A DNA stretch of 64,000 nucleotides, from assembly GCA_043228905.1 (NCBI GenBank), contig JBHGNT010000013.1, positions 11,036,001-11,100,000 of the forward strand, read 5' to 3'. The stretch comes from Azolla caroliniana. Taxonomy: Eukaryota > Plantae > Polypodiophyta. The notes below the pieces were generated by a model. It was not told the DNA's origin. It did not search any database and was given only the letters and a program-made list of their open reading frames with translations. Made by a program: the position numbers and the translations under genes. The first letter of the stretch is position 1. Every line of letters begins with the position of its first letter. This document shows positions 60,236-64,000 of the stretch, one piece after another.

Positions 60236-60613
60236 TATTGAGAGACAAGCTCAACATTGGGTGCGTAAAAACCGTACACACAATATAGTCGTGGCGGTGT
60301 GTAAATTGAGAGGCCGTTAGAATGTTATTCATCGTAAGGAATAATTTTGGGAGTAAATGTAGGATGCTCATTTATGAGCGGTCAAGTACTGTAAGTACTT
60401 GTGTCAGCCCAATTGTCAGGGCTTGTATAAAAGATGCTCACTGAGCACGAAGTATGTACAGAGAACATACAAAGATTTATTTTTTAATATAGTTTCGGTT
60501 TTTGCTCTCTCTGTCTCTCCCTCTCCTTCTCTGTGATTTCTACGTTCTACTGAACTATCGTACTTCTGGAATCGTGTCCTTCACATACACTTCCGCACAC
60601 GTATTCTTTTATA
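60236..60613 (+). mobile_element. Solo LTR of the 12131 Copia family
   Basis: TATTGAGAGACAAGCTCAAC...CTTCCGCACACGTATTCTTTTATA with TSD GATAC. Termini have decayed to TA...TA. Confidence 0.88.
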
Positions 60614-60729
60614 GATACCCTACACAACAGTAGTACGAAGTATCATGTACAGGATAGTGGCGACATGACCTAATCTTGCTTATGCCGTAGGGGTCGTCAG
60701 TCGGTACATGTCGAATTCCATCAGGTAGA

Positions 60730-61649
60730 CTGCGGTCGGATGCTTGATCGATTCAAAACTAGGTGGTTGAATCATGAAGAGCTCCTCTTCTAATTCTCCT
60801 TGAAGGAAGGCATTCTTTACGTCCATTTGGTGGAGGTGCCAGCCTTCAACAACTACGAGTGCAATGACTATCTGAACAAGGCAAAGGTTTCCTCATCTTT
60901 TCCCCCAAGGCAAAGGTTTCCTCATAGTCGTCTTCGTGTGTTTGAGCAAATCCCTTAGCTACGAGTCGTGCCTTATAGCGGTTCACTAATCTATCGACAT
61001 TATGTTTTATTTTATGTATCCATCTACAACCAATTGCTTTCTTGTGTGGGGGATGGGGGACGAGATCCCATGTCTCTTCTTCCATAACGCCTGCATCTCC
61101 TCATTCATGGCTTTGCTCCATCGTGGATCCTTGGCTGCCTTAGAAAGTGTTTCAGGTTCTCGAACTGTCAACACCTTCATCATAAAGGCATAATGATATT
61201 CCATATAGTTTTCATAGACGAATCGGCGGACCGGGTTTTTCTCTCCGGTGGATCAACGAAGTTTCTCCTTTGCAACGATCATAGCTTTCAATACTCCATT
61301 TTTCTGGATCATAGGAGTCTCGAGGCCTTTGAGCTCATTATTGAGTGAGTGTGTCAATTCCTTGTTGACTAGGTCCTCGTATTCTGGCATTTTGGCCTTC
61401 CCTTTTTCTAGCTTCAGACTCGACTGAGATGTGCTTTGATCGCTCAGAGGCTCTTGAGGTCCACTCAGTCTAGTCATAATTGGACTTTCTTCGAACATGT
61501 GCCTAAGGTGATCTTCGTCTTCTATCTCTTGGTCGGCCAAGTTAGGGTCGACTGGGGTTGGAGTCGAGGTCGTCTCTAGTTCATACCAGGATGTTGATTC
61601 ATCGAAGACGACATCACGACTCACTCGAACTTTTCGGGTAGATGGATTA
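60730..61649 (-). pseudogene. Copia integrase-end/RT fragment
   Basis: [31 protein letters not shown] and [13 protein letters not shown]. Confidence 0.85.
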
Positions 61650-64000
61650 TGTAAATAATTAGGAAATTAACTTAGGTTTAATTAGTGTCTAATTATGTGA
61701 GTAGTTGAACACGTACATAATTAAGTAGCGGAAGATTATGTGATATGAGTTTGTGTAGATGTATGAGAGAATGAGAGAAAGTACATTTAGAAACACTAAG
61801 ACAAGATGGGGGATGATTAACACAAGTGTAGCGCAAGGAACTCTTACTTATATTAAAAGACATCAAAAAACAAATATACCCACAATGAGGTATATATACA
61901 TCTCATGTGCAAGGGTGACCATGTGTGAAAAGAATATAGGTACAAGAATGTAAGTCCTATATATCAATGAACTTGGTAGTGGAGGATCTAGAATGTATCT
62001 CCATTTAGGTACAAAATCCTATTTAAGGCTTTGAAGTCAACACACTAACTAGATTCTATGTACATGTAACTACTAAGTTACACATATGACTGACGGCAAC
62101 TGGTCGTTCCTTATGCGCAAGGCTCGGCCACAACCAAGCTTAGAATGATACACAGAAAACAGGTAATAAGACGCGACACAAAGAAGAGGAAAAATTACAC
62201 AAGAGGTTTACGTGGAAAAACCCCAAACTAGGGGAAAAACCACGGCAGCCCACAGGCTGCAAACTGTCACTATGTAAGAATGTACAATAGTGAGTTCACT
62301 GAGGCAACGACCTTGTGCTCACAGATATTCGCCACAGGCGGCGGTTACAACAGAGGCAACGACCTCTTTCTTTCTCTCTCTCTCTCTGTACAGTTACACA
62401 CTCTCTCTTCTCTTGCACCAACAAGTGAATAACAACCACACAACTAAAAGTTTTCCCTAAGTCATATTTATACTAATATGACTTTTAGGCTATTTACAAA
62501 TATAGCCTCGATGGGCTCTCAGAAACATATTTACGAATATGTCTCTTCGTCCGGTTCTCACCGGGTCTGTATCATCCGGCTCTCCGTAACCGGGTACTCC
62601 TCATCCGGTCTCGGCCTCGGCCGAGTTTGTTCATCGGCACTGTTCTTCTCCCTTCCCATCCGGAGGGACCTGTCTCCCAACAATGACAAATATAACTAAA
62701 CTTGTTGAGCTTGATATCTGAACATGCCCCCTCAAGCTCAAGTGTTCGGCATTCGGTGTTCGGCATTGAATCCCGACTCATGTCACTAGTTCCTCCCCCT
62801 CAAGCCGTCGATGAAGGCTTGGAGTGTGAAGTGGTCGAAGGCCGAGTGCTAGTGAAAAATGGTGGAGCTTGTTTGCTCCTAAGGCATTGGTGAAGATATC
62901 GGTCGTCTGTTGATTTGTGCGGATGTGGTGAAGGTTGATATCTCTGGCAATAATGCACTCCTGAGCATAGTAGTGTACCTCTATATGTTTTGTTCGGGCA
63001 TGAAACACTGGATTTCGGGCTAGTTGTAGGCTACTCTGATTGTCGCAATAGATACGTATCGGTTTGGCGACCGATTCATTGAAGTCCTTGAGTAGCCGAT
63101 TCAGCCAAATGGCTTCGTAGGTGGCTATAACCGCGTCCCTGTATTTTGCTTCGGTGTGGAATAACGCAACTGTCGGTTGCTTCTTGCTACTCCACGAGAT
63201 GGCTCCGCTTCTGAGTGAGAAGACAAAACCGGATGTTGATCGTCGATCGGATATATTGTCGGCCCAATCAACATTTATGTATCCTTTTAGACGAATAGTC
63301 GCTCATGCCTTGTAGAAGATTCCCCGATCCATGGTTCCACTAACGTATCGTAAGACTCGCTTAGCACAACGCAAATGTGTGTCGCACGGTGTTTGCATAA
63401 ACTAACTAAGGAGGCCAACCGGATAGCTCAGGTTGGGTCGAGCGATAGCTAGATAGATGAGGCTCTTGATGATTTGCCGATATTGAGTTGGTTCACATGG
63501 TGTTCTAGAGTCCATCGAGGGGAGTCGAAATTGGCTTGTGGTCAGTCATACCGAACTTGAACAAAAGGTTCATGATGTAGTGGCATCGGGAGAGCATGAT
63601 GTCATCGCCGGTTTGAATGACCTCGACTCCCAGAAAGTAATGAAGTTCGTTCATGTCTTTCACCTCGAACTTCCCGGATAGGAGCATCTTGACCTTGTTG
63701 ATGTTGGCTAGATGTTCACCACTGATCGCTAAGTCGTCGACATATATGACGATGAAGATCAGACCATTGGAGTTGCTTCAAATAAACAATGAATTGTTAG
63801 ACTTAGACATTCGAAAGCCGATTCGGTGCAGAGACTGCGTTATTTTTTAATGTCAAGCCCTTGGCACTTGCTTGAGGCCATAGAGGGGCTTCTTGAGTCT
63901 ACACACGACATTCGGATGTGAATTCGACTTGTACCTGGGTGGTTGTACCATGTACACCTCCTCCTCTAGCACACCTTGGAGGAACGCATTTTTTGCATCC
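61650..64000 (-). mobile_element. Decayed Copia 3' half (RT/RNase H at 62780-64000; 3' LTR at 61650-62724), nested in the preceding Copia
   Basis: KDMNELHYFLGVEV and FHARTKHIEVHY. PPT GAGGGGG precedes TGTTCAGATATCAAGCTCAAC; the LTR ends TTTACA at 61650. Confidence 0.82.
62091..62682 (-). mobile_element. Solo LTR related to the Tork-like LTRs, inserted in another LTR
   Basis: TSD ATGAC (62086-62090 / 62683-62687). Shares GCTCGGCCACAACC, CGCCACAGGCGGCGG and CCCATCCGGAGGGACC...CCCAACA with 25041-25768. Confidence 0.88.

Larger units (their letters stand above)
58440..60722 (+). mobile_element. Decayed Tork-like Copia relic (gag fragment, RT) with inserted LTRs
   Basis: ESWENLVVSL, NNTWELVELP, LEQLDVKTTFL, LKKSLDGLKQAPRMWY and LYVDDML. 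The RT resumes after 60618. Confidence 0.78.

Overview
Eukaryotic nuclear DNA from a land plant, most likely a seed-free lineage such as a fern (inferred from a Tcn1-type chromovirus, a cyanobacterial-type CofE-like gene and a plastid rpoB insert). Bases 1 to ~32,000 are a deep transposon nest with boundaries fixed by LTR termini, PBS, PPT and 5-bp TSDs. An RTE-type LINE relic is interrupted by a decayed Copia element, which is itself interrupted by an intact, apparently self-priming Tcn1-like Gypsy. The LINE abuts an Arg-PBS Gypsy relic that is interrupted by an intact chromovirus with TG...TA LTRs and by further LTR elements. A near-intact Tnt1/Tork-like Copia sits inside an older Copia relic. 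Bases ~34,500-56,400 hold two minus-strand multi-exon host genes reconstructed by hand: a 15-exon, 490-aa homolog of the cyanobacterial 'F420-0:gamma-glutamyl ligase' (CofE-like) family, and a 12-exon, 682-aa homolog of the Arabidopsis AT1G64430-type PPR-superfamily protein, with a plastid rpoB fragment in intron 2. Bases ~56,900-64,000 are L1 and nested Copia relics and solo LTRs. All family assignments come from motif recognition by eye; no database search was run.
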